Made by a program: the position numbers and the translations under genes. Below, in pieces: positions 36,862 through 48,825 of a DNA stretch of 64,000 nucleotides. Under the pieces are notes generated by a model that was not told the DNA's origin, searched no databases, and worked only from the letters and a program-made list of their open reading frames with translations. Within the stretch, counting starts at the first letter, position 1. Each line of letters starts with the position of its first letter. Source of the DNA: Blepharisma stoltei ATCC 30299 (Eukaryota > Protista > Ciliophora); assembly GCA_965603825.1 (NCBI GenBank), contig CBFDEM010000038.1, forward strand, positions 248,001-312,000, read 5' to 3'.

Positions 36862-37225
36862 ATCATTATTTAAAAAAATACTGAAATTTTAATGGGATTG
36901 TGTAATGAGATATAGATAAATAGTAAATGGGAATTAAACTAAGGCATATTTGAGAAATGCATCTAATATTTATCTAAGCTCAATCGCTCTTCATATTCTC
37001 ACTTTTTTGATAAAAATTAGCTCATATTTTAATATCCAAGCAGCGAATAAAACTAATAATATTTGCCCAAACATTTTTATTGGGTAGCTCCAATTTTCCA
37101 ATAAAAGAGCTTTCCATGAAATCCCAGTCATAATTTTAATATCAACACAAATTATTCCATTAATTAATTTTATTTGATCATCTATTTATATGTCGAGATT
37201 TAATGCAAAATAGGTGTTAATAAAA

Positions 37226-40200
37226 ATGTTTGACAAAAAGAAAGACGACCTGCTGGAAGATATTGAATCTTCCAATGCAATAGCGCAAGAAATTTCGTCA
37301 GATGGGCTTAAACTATCAATTTTAAAATTTCTCGAGAAAGTTTTCAAAGTAAAATATCACAACAAAATGAACTACAGAAACCAATTAATTTTCGAGATAA
37401 CTACAAATATTGTTATAGCTCTTCAAATGCTCTCTCTTATTTGATATCCTGATATGAATATCAAGCAATGAAATAAATACAATAGTTTATGAAATTTTGT
37501 CAGGTATTTTAACTTAATTTCTATATGCAGCGAAATTGATGCAATAGTTTTGGGCTTTTATGGGATAATTTCTCTGATATTGTTTTGCATTGCTAGTTTC
37601 ATATTTGTAGCTGTTCTTGGCTATTTTAAAAAAGAAGCTCCAAGCATAATTACTGCATTAACTCAACAAATTATAAGTTTTATTAGCACCATTGCATATA
37701 TTCCTGGGCTTTTGTTCTTTTCAATGATTTTTAAGTATTCTTCTTTTGGCTATACAGAGATAAAAGAATTTCATGGGAATAAGTCAGTGAGCCAGCTGGA
37801 CTATGGTTTTATCGGCGCTGCCTTAGGCATAATATTCGATTTTTTATTAATTTTGCTCGCTATTTCACATGAATTACTTACAGCAGACTTAAGGCATACT
37901 TTTGCCAGCAAAAACATTCGTGCTAGGTCTCATTCTACTATAGATGTAGAAACTCTCCTCTTTTATCCAATTCAAGTATTTTTGTATCTTTTCGTAGGAA
38001 ATTCTTCTACAGTATATTATCAATTATCTTTGTTCATTATTGGTGGGCTGTTCACAATACATATATTATATTATCTTCCTTATTACACTCCTGTAGGAAA
38101 CTCAATTGAGTCGAGTAGAATGAGTATGTTTACAATAACAATAATCTTTTTTTTTATTGGTTATGCCTTAGATGATGCAGGGGTCTTTGCTTTACTAGGA
38201 GTATGCTTGCAGATTTTTATCGCTGGAGGCACCACAATTATAGCGTACTCTAGCTACAATAAAGCTCACAAAAGAAAAAACGAAATAGCCACACAATATG
38301 ATTTCGAGTTAAAAATTAGGCATCTATTAATGAACAAATCAACAGATAATCGCAAAAAAGTTATTGACAGCTTTACTTATTTCAGCAAACAAAAAAAATT
38401 TATTAGAAGCAAGCTTTTTGTTATATGAGAAACTTATTACTGCATATTTATCCTAAAAGACGAAAGATTAGCTAGAATAAAATTTTCAAAAATTATCAAC
38501 TATAAGTCAAGCCCAGAAGCATGAATTCAAGAATTAAAAATCATCAAATGGTTTGAAGATAATAAATCCAATGTCTTTGCAGAAACAAATTTTTTAGAGT
38601 ATTTAATTGAGCTTGATAAGGTAAAAACTCAAGATAAAAGCATGTGCTTCATGCTTTTGAAGCTGTGGAATGAAATTACAGCTCATAAACCTAGGATAAA
38701 CTCTCTTAGAAAATATGTAGCCAAGGTCGCAGAGAATATTTCATATGCGAAAACTTCTTATAAAAATCTTATAGGAATTCATAAGCATGCTTATGCTTTC
38801 GAAATATATGGAACTTTTCTGCAAGATATTGCTGGTGACTATGAAGAAGGAGGGATTATTTTGAGAAGAATGGATGGACATAAGGACCATGATTTAATGA
38901 TTGGGGATGAAAAAAGATTATCAACCTTTAGAGATCGATATGGAATCATGCTAATTTCAGCTAATGAAGGGACGTTTGGAGAAATTACATATTTAAACGA
39001 AAAAGCTGCCCAGCTATTGAGCGCCCCTTCAATAGAAGCACTTGGTACTCCTTTTTCTAATTATATACCTGAAAACTACAGTGGAGTCCATGATAGTTAT
39101 ATGAAGCAGTTTGCGGAATCCTGCATACACCCTGAAGTTGGCAAGCCAAATGATTTTTTTCTGCAAAACGAGAGGGGGTATTTAGTAGAATGCCAAATGA
39201 TTATCAGATATACAGCTTTTAGTAGCTCTTCTTTTTTCTTGGTATCTATGAGACCTAAGAATACCACAAGGCAGATGGCATATTTGACTGAAACCGGAAT
39301 GATAATAAACTACACTCATTCTTTTCCAAGCCATCTTAATTATGAAAATCGATCTTTAAGGAGCCAATCCATTACACAGCTAATCCCAAGCATAAAGATG
39401 ACTGAAATGAAGCCTTATGAGCCATATCTCACTCACATACGTACAAAAGAAGTCGGCTTTGTCCACGTAATCAAGCAGCTCAAGCGTTCTCTGATCCATT
39501 TACTATTGCTAATTCACGATGAAAAAGAAATCAAAATTTGGAAAGAAGGGCTTGACCAAGAACAATTAGACTATTTCAATAAAGATATAGACAATAGTGA
39601 TATAATAAATCCAGCTTATACAGTGCTAAATGCAACAGAAACAGTTTTTTATTATGGGTCTCATTATAGCGAAAAGAGATTATCATATATCAGAAAATCA
39701 TTTGATGAAAATGAAAAAGATGAAGAAGAAACAGATGGGAAAAACCAAACTCTTGAAGTCACAACTATTGAAGAAAAAATGGGCAAAGATTTAGATGACG
39801 ATGAAAAGGTGAATACAGATGGATATCAACCTAATAGTCCAACTATTAATATGCATCGTAATTGAAATTCAGATCATATTAAAAAGGTTATAGAGGATGC
39901 ATCAAGAAAAATTAAGATTTTTCAGTGAGTTTTGTTTGCTACGGTAAATTTAAAGTAGGTAATTGCTGTGATTTGCACTAATGTTGGGATTGTAGCTTAT
40001 ATGTATGAGGAAATAAACCATACTGGATCACTTAAAACTTTTGAAAACCTTGGAGAAATCGCTTATAATTTAGGAGTTACGGCAAATTTTGCAAGTCTGT
40101 TAGAATTCGGCATGGTAACAGGCCAATCCAATGTTGCAGAAAATAAAGAGAGGCTAACGAACTCTATTGAAGAGCTAAGATCTTTAGAAAATACAATACT

Positions 40201-41503
40201 TGATGATTATTCCAGCTGAAAATATTGCTCTTATTCTGAAATTGTTAAGGATCCTATAATCCCCACTTGATCTTTTGAATTTGGACCACAAATTTCGCAT
40301 CTGAATTTATATGACCAAGTGGAAAAATTCATTTATCATGTAAATTATATATAGGGACAAAACATGCTCTCTAATATTAACCAAAATATAAGCTATATGG
40401 ATGATTTCAAATTTCTATTTATTAATAGCTTAGGCTTTACCTATCATTATACATATTATTCACTGGATGGGCTGATTAGCTGTGAGCATGATAGAATAAC
40501 TAATGAAGGAGTAATTGTGACAGGACTGATATTTTTTGGGCTGGGATTTCTTACCTTATGCATTTTGATATTGTCTTATTTTGCCTTTGCAACCAGTAAG
40601 AAAAGCGATATCTTTTGAAATGCTATTAAAAAAAGCTCTCATTTAGCTTATCATGCACTTATGGGGGCATGTATTGATAGGTTAACAACTGTGCATGGGA
40701 TCACTTATCTGTCAGAAGAAAACAATGTAAATAATTTTAAAAAGAATGACAGCGGTGAAGTAATATCAAGGACTTATTGGAGATATATTTGACGACTTAT
40801 TATTCTGCTCATATTTTCTTCTATATTTTATTTAATTACAGGATTCTGGCTTTATGGAGACTGCCAAACTTATATGCTTCATCGGTCTGAGTTGCTAGTG
40901 AATTTTATAAAAAGAAGAGTCGAGCTATCAAGGATGAGTTTGTTTGGTAGAGAATTGTCAGATCCACTGATGAGCCATCGATTTCCGGAATCTTATAGTT
41001 TCGATGACTCTAATGAAGAATTTAGCAGAGCAAATAAAACCTTCTGAGATGGATTAGAGCAATTAAAGGAGTATTCCTTAAAAGAACTCATGTCGAATGA
41101 ACTCAAAGTAAGGATTTTTGAAAATATTGATACTGATAATGAACTACTTCAGTATGGAACATATTTAGCATCACAAATTGTTGCATGTGACGTTAATTCC
41201 ATAACTCAGAGTTATCGATTTGGGTCTTTTGATGTAAAAAACGAAATTAATCAGAATGTGCTAGATGTAAACGATGAAGTAGGAACAGACTGACAAATGG
41301 CAAATAATGATTCAAAAGACAAAATATACAACCAACTATACATTATTATTTATTTTACTCTTTCGTACTCTATAGCAAGTTTCTTTCTATTCATAGCATT
41401 TTATATGCCATTTCTTTCAGAGGAAAAGAAATTCCTTTTAAAAGTGCAAATAATATCATCAATTATTCCAAATAACATCAAAAATCCAAAACAAAGCATT
41501 TAA
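37226..41503 (+). CDS. Large multi-pass membrane PAS-domain protein (TmcB-like ciliate family, ~1415 aa)
   Basis: N-terminal TM bundle; PAS GEITYLNEKAAQLL..YIPENYSGVHDSYM..FFLQNERGYLV; C-terminal TMs; ~13 TGA; introns 39944-39958 and 40340-40354. Confidence 0.8.
39944..39958 (+). other. 15-nt intron
   Basis: gtaaatttaaagtag; removes an in-frame TAG. Confidence 0.85.
40340..40354 (+). other. 15-nt intron
   Basis: gtaaattatatatag; removes an in-frame TAG. Confidence 0.85.
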
Positions 41504-41583
41504 CAAAGTTGAGCTATCTATATAGAATAATAAATGTTAATGGTTTAGTTTAATAATTTATAATATTCTCTTATAATAAAGAT

Positions 41584-42339
41584 TTACTTTACTTTATATA
41601 AGAAAGAAGCAAATATTCCTTCTTCTAAATGATTAGATTGAAGGGAAATCTTCGCCATTAAAATATTCAAAAATTCTAACTCTTGTTTAAGAATTATTTC
41701 AGAAACTAGCAAAGAAGATGAATTACCATTAGGTAAAGCTCTTTCTTTTCTTTTCTTTTTAAGCACTATGCCATCAACTAATTTTTTATAATTTTTCTGC
41801 GCATTTTTTCAGTTTGTATTAACCATTTCATTATAGCATTTATTCAAATCTCTTATTGTTACTTCAGTTTCATCTGAAAAAATATCCAAATAAAATCTGA
41901 AGGAAACAACAAAATTCGGAATTATGCTATTAAGCAGCCACATAAAAGGCTCATAGTCATCATTCAAAATCATTTTTGATTTTAGACATGCTATGGCAAT
42001 CATCAAAAAAGGATTCGTAATAAATTTTTCTATTGGTATTTTTCGTATAAGAATTGACAAAAGAACTAATTCCAACTCTCCCATCATCAGATTATTAGCA
42101 AAGAAATTAAGAACTCCATAACTCTGAAACAGAGCTTGCTTAATTGTGGGAATCAAAGAAATCTGGTGAAGAATATGCTGCCGAAAGTATGGTAAAGGAG
42201 AAGACCGATATTGGGACATCAGTCTACGATAAGATTCAAGCTGATGCTTTGGTCATTTTTTACCTTCAGCCTCATCAATATCAAGGGAGACTTCTAAGGT
42301 ATCGAGCTCGATTTGTTGAGGTAAAATATTTTGATCCAT
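41584..42339 (-). CDS. Family member copy 1 (possible divergent cyclin fold); C-terminus frameshifted relative to the paralogs
   Basis: MDQNIL..ELELVLLSILI..KSKMILNDD; two TGA; lacks 1 nt at ~41670 relative to copies 2 and 3. Confidence 0.7.
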
Positions 42340-43307
42340 TTATTATTTAGAAACTATATCATAATTCTAGAAACTAAGGCTGGCTTATACATAAAAAATA
42401 TCAAAAAATACTTCTCTGATGTTTTATAATATGAATTTGATAATTATTGAATTATAATATTACAAAATTTTCCCTGCCTATTGATAATTCCCATAACTAA
42501 TAAAATGCTAAAAAGGGCTATGCCGATCATTAGCAAAACAGAAATAATCGATACTAAAGATTTATAATACAATAATAAAATATCTATATAAAATAATGAT
42601 ATCTAGATTCTTTTTGATTTTTACAAAACTTTTATTTTTATTTTATTTTTATAGACTTAATAAGGCATTTTAACTAATTAAAATTTAAAAAAAAATTAAA
42701 ATTAATAGTTTTGCTGCTGCTAATAATAAATCTTATAAATCTATAGAACCTATAAGCAATTTAAGAAGCAGTCTTTAATTTCTAAAATAAATAATATTCT
42801 AAATCAGAATAATTATTGTAAAATTATGAAGAATAATAAATTTATTGTTGGAAAATAATTAAATTTGAAGACACGCAAGCAAATAAAGAAATTATTCGCT
42901 CTGTTTAAGATATTTTAGTCTATTCTGCTGCTTAAAGGATTTAGTTAGAAAGGAACTCATTGATTTTCTTGGAATTTTATTTTTAAAAAGTTTAAAGCCT
43001 AACTCAATTAAACATCGTTATCCAGTCCTTTTTAAGAAAAGTCTTGCTATGACTGGCATAATACTGTTTTATATTGAGAGTATATTATACACGGTGGATT
43101 ATAAAGTATTGGAAAATATAATTCAATTTGAAAAGAGTTTTCAGATGCATGAGGGGTTTTGTATTCGGCATCTATAGTTTCGATAGCTCTTTTTAAGAAT
43201 GAAGTAGAGTCAATAAAACATTATGATGTGTTTAGATATTTAAATGAATCCTCCTTATTTGAAAAGTAAATTTTTCGAAAAATGACACTAAATATGCATT
43301 ATTCATC

Positions 43308-43455
43308 TTTACTCTTTCGTACTCTATAGCAAGCTTCTTTCTATTCATAGCATTTTATATGCCATTTATTTCAGAAGAAAAGACATTCCTTTTAAAAGTG
43401 CAAATAATATCATCATTTATTTCAAATAATGCACAAATCAAAAAAAAAGCATTTA
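43308..43455 (+). pseudogene. Orphan copy of the 3' end of the PAS membrane-protein gene
   Basis: FTLSYSIASFFLFIAFYMPF..FLLKVQIISS duplicated from 41354-41503, with no upstream gene body. Confidence 0.75.
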
Positions 43456-43614
43456 ACAAAATCGAACTAACTATATAGAATAATAAATGCTAATGATTTA
43501 GTTTAATAATTTATAAAAATTGAAGATTTATTTTATTTTAACTTATATATGAACGAAGCAAAGTTTATTATATAATATATTCTCTAATTACCGAATATTC
43601 CTTCTTCTAAGTGA

Positions 43615-44322
43615 TTAGATTGAAGGGAAATCTTCGCCATTAAAATATTCAAATAACTCTGACTCTTGTTTAAGAATTATTTCAGAAATTAGCAAAGAAG
43701 ATGGATTACCATTAGGTAAAGCTCTTTCTTTTCTTTTATTTTTAAGCACTATGCCATCAACTAAATTTTTATAATTTATTTGAGCATTTTTTCAGCTTAT
43801 ATTAACCATTTCATTATAGCATTTATTCAAATCTCTTATTGTTACTTCAGTTTCATCTGAAAAAATATCCAAATAAAATCTGAAGGAAACAACAAAATTC
43901 GGTATTATGCTATTAAGCAGTCACATAAAAGGCTCATAGTCATCATTCAAAATCATTTTAGATTTTAGGCCTGCTATAGCAATCATCAAAAAAGGATTCG
44001 TAGTAAATTTTTCTATTGGTATTTTTTGTATAAGAATAGACCAAAGAACTAATTCTAACTCTTCCATCATCAGATTATTAGCAAAGAAATTAAGAACTCC
44101 ATAACTCTGAAACAGAACTTGCTTAATTGTGGGAATCAAAGAAATCTGGCGAAGAATATGCTGCCGAAAGTATGGTAAAAGAGAAGACCGATATTGGGAC
44201 ATCAATCTACGATAAGATTCAAGCTGAAGTTTTGATCATTTTTTAACTTCAGCATTATCAATTTCAAGAGAGATTTCTAAGGTGTCAAGATCAATCTGTT
44301 GAGATAAAATATTTTGATCCAT
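43615..44322 (-). CDS. Family member copy 2 (235 aa)
   Basis: Intact with TGA=Trp; ends LFEYFNGEDFPSI*. Confidence 0.75.
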
Positions 44323-46107
44323 TTATTATTTAGGAAACTATAGCATAATCCTGGAAACTAAGGCTTATACATAAAAAATATCAAAAAATATCTCTCTTAT
44401 GCTTTATAATCTGAATTTGATAATTATTGAATTATAATATTACAAAATTTTCCCTGCCTATTGATAATTCCCATAAACTAATAAGATGCTAAAATAGGGC
44501 GAAATGCCGATCATTAGCAAAACAGAAAAAGTCAATGCTAAAGATTTATAATACAATAATAAAATACAACTTTTAAATGAATTTTATTTTTTATAGATTT
44601 ATAGTTTGATCTCTGTTAATAAATCTTATAAATGTTAGATAGCCTGCAAGTAATTGAAGAAGCAGTCTTTTATTTTTAAAATAGTAATATTCTAAATCAG
44701 AATAATTATTATAAATTATGAAGAATAATAAAAATTATTTTGTAAATAATTAAATTTGAAGCCAACACAAGCAGATAAAGAAATTATTCCCTCTGTATTA
44801 AATATTTTAGTCTATTCTGTTGCTTAAAAGATTTCGCTAGAGTGAGAAAGGAGTTCATTGATTTTCTTGGAATTTTATTTGTAGAGATGTTTAAAGTCTA
44901 AATCCGCACTTCACTTGCTTTTAATCAACCTTTTCTTCTATCACAAAAATCACAATTCACTCAAAAAATCTCCAAACTTAAAAATTGATTTTGCGAGATT
45001 TAATTCTTCAACTTCTTCTTATAGTATTTAATTTTGATCATATCAGCAGCTTTATCTGTCCTTATTAGGAAAAGTCTTGCTATGACTGGCATAATAGTGG
45101 AGAGTTAATAGTTTTATATTGAGGCTATATCTAATCGGTGGATTATAAAGTATTTGAAAATTTTATTTAATTTGAAGAGAGTTTTCAGATTCACGATGGG
45201 TTTTGGATTCAATATCTATAGTTTTATAGCTCTTTAAAGAATGAAGTAGAGTCAATAAAGCATTATGATGCGTCTTAGATAGTTAAATGAATCTTTCTTA
45301 TTTGAAAAGTAAATTTTTAGGAATATAGACACTGATATAGGGTAATTTTCTTTTGTTTTGCTTAAGCCCAAGTCCTTGAACATTATGCGAGCCAAAACAA
45401 ACATTCAAGCCTTATGTGAAGAAGATATTGGCTTAGAGAAAGAAGGCCTCACACTATATTGAGATCTTTTAATACCGTGCATTTAGTGGGCACCGCAATC
45501 ATTTCATACTGTACTAATTCTCAATCTTAAAAACAATGATTCTAAAAATAAAATTAGCTAAAGGTTAGGAAATAAAGACGAATACAGAACAATTTATTAA
45601 ATAGCAATAATATCCACGAGAAGAATTATAGATAGTTATATATTATGCCTTTACATAATAAATGTGCATGTATTAAATAAAAAAAACGCAACCCCCTTTT
45701 TTATTAAGCAATATATCATGCAATTATTCTTTTGTGCTGCAGAAAAATTCTTGACTTTCATAGTGTGTCTACAAACATATTATGGCATCGCTTAACTATT
45801 TTTAAGTGTATTCTTTTATATGAAGCTCTTATAAATTTTCACCAATAAAAATGTCTAAGTTTTAAAAATGTAAATGAATAAGTTACAAGACAAAAATAAG
45901 CTTATAAAAAAAGTTCAGCTAATTATGCAGAATAAATAGCATTTAGTGATGGTTTATTTTATTTGATTATTTGTTGATTAACAATCGCATCCAAATTGAT
46001 AAAATCCTCATAATGATAGAAGGAGAAATTATTATATTAAAATACTATTTATGGCGATAATTTTATGCAAATTTTGAATTATTACATCTGTATCCTTTTA
46101 TCTAATT

Positions 46108-46824
46108 TTAGATTGAAGGAAAATCTTCGCCATTAAAATATTCAAATAACTCTAATTCTTGATCAAGTTCGATTTCAGGACATTTTGCGAAAGGAAAATT
46201 ATCATTAGGCAAGGCTCTTTCTTTTCTTTTCTTTTTAAACACTATGCGATCCACTAAATTTTTATAATTTACTTGAGCATTCTTTCAGCTTGTATAAACC
46301 ATTTCATTATAGCATTTATTCAAATCTTTTATTGTTACTTCAGTTTCATCTGAAAAAATATCCAAATAAAATCTGAAGGAAACAACAAAATTCGGTATTA
46401 TGCTATTAAGCAAGCACAAAAAGGGCTTATAGTCATCATTCAAAACCATTTTGGATTTTAAGCCTGCCATAGCGATCATCAAAATTGGATTCGCGATGAG
46501 CTTTTCTTTTGGCATTTTTTCGATAAGAATCGACCAAAGCACTAATTCCAATTCAGACATCATCAAGCTCTGAGCCAAGAAGTTAAAAATTTGATAACTC
46601 TGGAACAGAGCTTGCATAATTTTTGGGCTTAAGGAGATCTGGCGAAGGATAAATTGCCGAAAATATGAGACAGGAGAATTCTGATATTGAGCCATCAACT
46701 TGCGATAGGACTTAATTTGACGCTTTGATCATATTTTTCCTTCACTAGATATGCCTTCGTCGATATCAGGAAGGATTTCTGATTCTTGGAATTCCATCGT
46801 CTTAGAGAACATATTTTTATGCAT
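46108..46824 (-). CDS. Family member copy 3 (238 aa, more diverged)
   Basis: MHKNMF..ELELVLWSILI..KSKMVLNDD; ends LFEYFNGEDFPSI*. Confidence 0.75.
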
Positions 46825-47359
46825 TTATTAATGGTTTAAGCCATATAAGTTAATTGCGGAGTCTGAAATTATATAGGAAAAAAAACATCAAAGTGGTTTT
46901 TGAAGCTTTATAATTAATTTTATGGCAATTATTCATTAGCCATTAAATATTTTATTATAAACCGACATTATAGAGTTAAAAAGGGTAAGTCGCTTACTTT
47001 GGGTAATAATAAATAACTAATCTAAAGGTTTTAAAATGCTTTAAATAAAAGATCTACACAAAAATAGCTATTTATAGGTTCCATAATTTTCTAGCGATCA
47101 ATAACATACCTATTAATAAGTTTGCAGCTAAAAGTTAAGTATATTAATAAGTAAAGCTGTAGAGAATTTAAGAAGGATACTGGATAGGATTCAATATGAC
47201 TGGAAAATAAGGAAGTTACACATGAGAATAAAAATATGAAATCTATTAATAAAAATTTTTTATTATAGAGAGAATTTTCTAGCTTCATTAATATTATAAA
47301 AAAGAGTTCTTTTAGATTTTATTAAGTAAGGCATCGTTATATTTAATTAATAGTTAAAA

Positions 47360-48715
47360 ATGGGATCAAAATGCTCTAAATCGAACAACAAACCTGAAAA
47401 CTCTAAGTCATTAAGCTTTTCTATGGGAGACGTCGAAACAGGTCCAGATAAAGGAAATTCAAAAAAAAATTCCTCTAAGATATGCATTCTTAATGAATCT
47501 TACACGCAACTCGCTCGTATTGAGGAAATGCTAAAACAAGACCCCGAAAATCCTGAGCTAAACGAAGAAATGGGCCTTTACCTCTACAACAAAGCCAAAT
47601 ATGAAGATTCAGCTCCTTATTTTGAAAAAGCAATAGAATTTGATGGAAAATTGTCAATGAAAAGCTTAATGGCAGTAGGAGATCTTGAAACACAAAAAAA
47701 TCAGTATGAAGAAGCAATAGAATATTATACTAAAGCTCTTTCTATGGATCCATCTGTAGCTGAAATACATGAAAGATTAGGCGAGCTATATAGTAAGGTA
47801 AAAAACCAAAGCGAGAGCTTAAATCACCTAGAAGAAGCTGTAGAGCTTGATCCAAAAAACTGTGAATATGGCACGAATTTAGGCCTAATGTATTTAAACA
47901 TGCATCAATACGAGGAATCTATCAAATGCTTTTTAAAGGTTTTAGAAATAAACCCAGAATTTCCAAAAGCCCACAATAACTTAGGAAACGCTTATAGAAA
48001 AATTGGGAAACCTAAAGAAGCAATCCATCATTATTTGCAAGCAATTGAATGCACTCCTAAAAGGAAATTCCCAATAGCTCACATTAACCTAGCGACAACC
48101 TATTTTTATACAGGAGACACTATTTCTGCTCTACGACATTTTGAAGAGGCCTTACAAGTAGGCTCCAACATTCATAAAGTAATGGTAACCAAAGGTTATC
48201 ATTTATTATTCAAAAATTCTAAAACAAAGCAAGGGATAGAGTGCTTATTAAGACAGCAATACAACGAAGCTGCATCCATACTGCAAGAAGTCCACCAAAC
48301 CGACTTAGAAAATCCAGTAGTAAACTATTATCTTGGCCTTACTTATAGCAAACTGGATGATTTGAAATCTGCAAATATCTGCTTTAAAAAAGTGATTGAG
48401 TAACTTTTATTTAGACTTGGCAAAAAACCTATTCATAAAAATAAACAGTTTATCAAGCATTTTATGAGAAAAGCCCAAAAAGCAATTATCGATGTTACTG
48501 AAAGCGGGTCTGAAGATAATGTAGTTTATGAAATCTCAGATACATCAATTTCGCTTGGGCCGATAAGAAGAAGCTCTGAAGTATTTAAAGTAAGGGCAGG
48601 AGGGACTTATGAGTTTGCGCCAATAAAAGCTCCAAGTCCTACCGAAAGTCCTGAGGTCTCCCCTAACCAAAGTTTGGTTTATGAGTCTAATGATGAAAAA
48701 TGTGATATATTTTAA
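47360..48715 (+). CDS. TPR protein with N-terminal MGxxCS and C-terminal CaaX-like CDIF
   Basis: About 8 TPR units (AHNNLGNAYRKIGKPKEAIHHY); intron 48400-48414 joins ORF 48464-48715. Confidence 0.85.
48400..48414 (+). other. 15-nt intron
   Basis: gtaacttttatttag; removes an in-frame TAA. Confidence 0.85.
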
Positions 48716-48825
48716 AGAAAAAAGAGATAGACATGAAGTTAAAAGTGTTATTATAAATAAGTACAATCTGTCTAAATGCCTATAATAAATCATTGTATTT
48801 CTGAAATTTCAAATAGATTCATAAA

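Larger units (their letters stand above)
41344..45338. repeat. ~2-kb tandem segmental duplication (unit A ~41344-43295, unit B ~43296-45338)
   Basis: Collinear, highly similar blocks, e.g. tttactctttcgtactctatagcaag at 41354 and 43308; shared non-coding sequence runs through gacact at 43284 and 45328. Confidence 0.9.
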
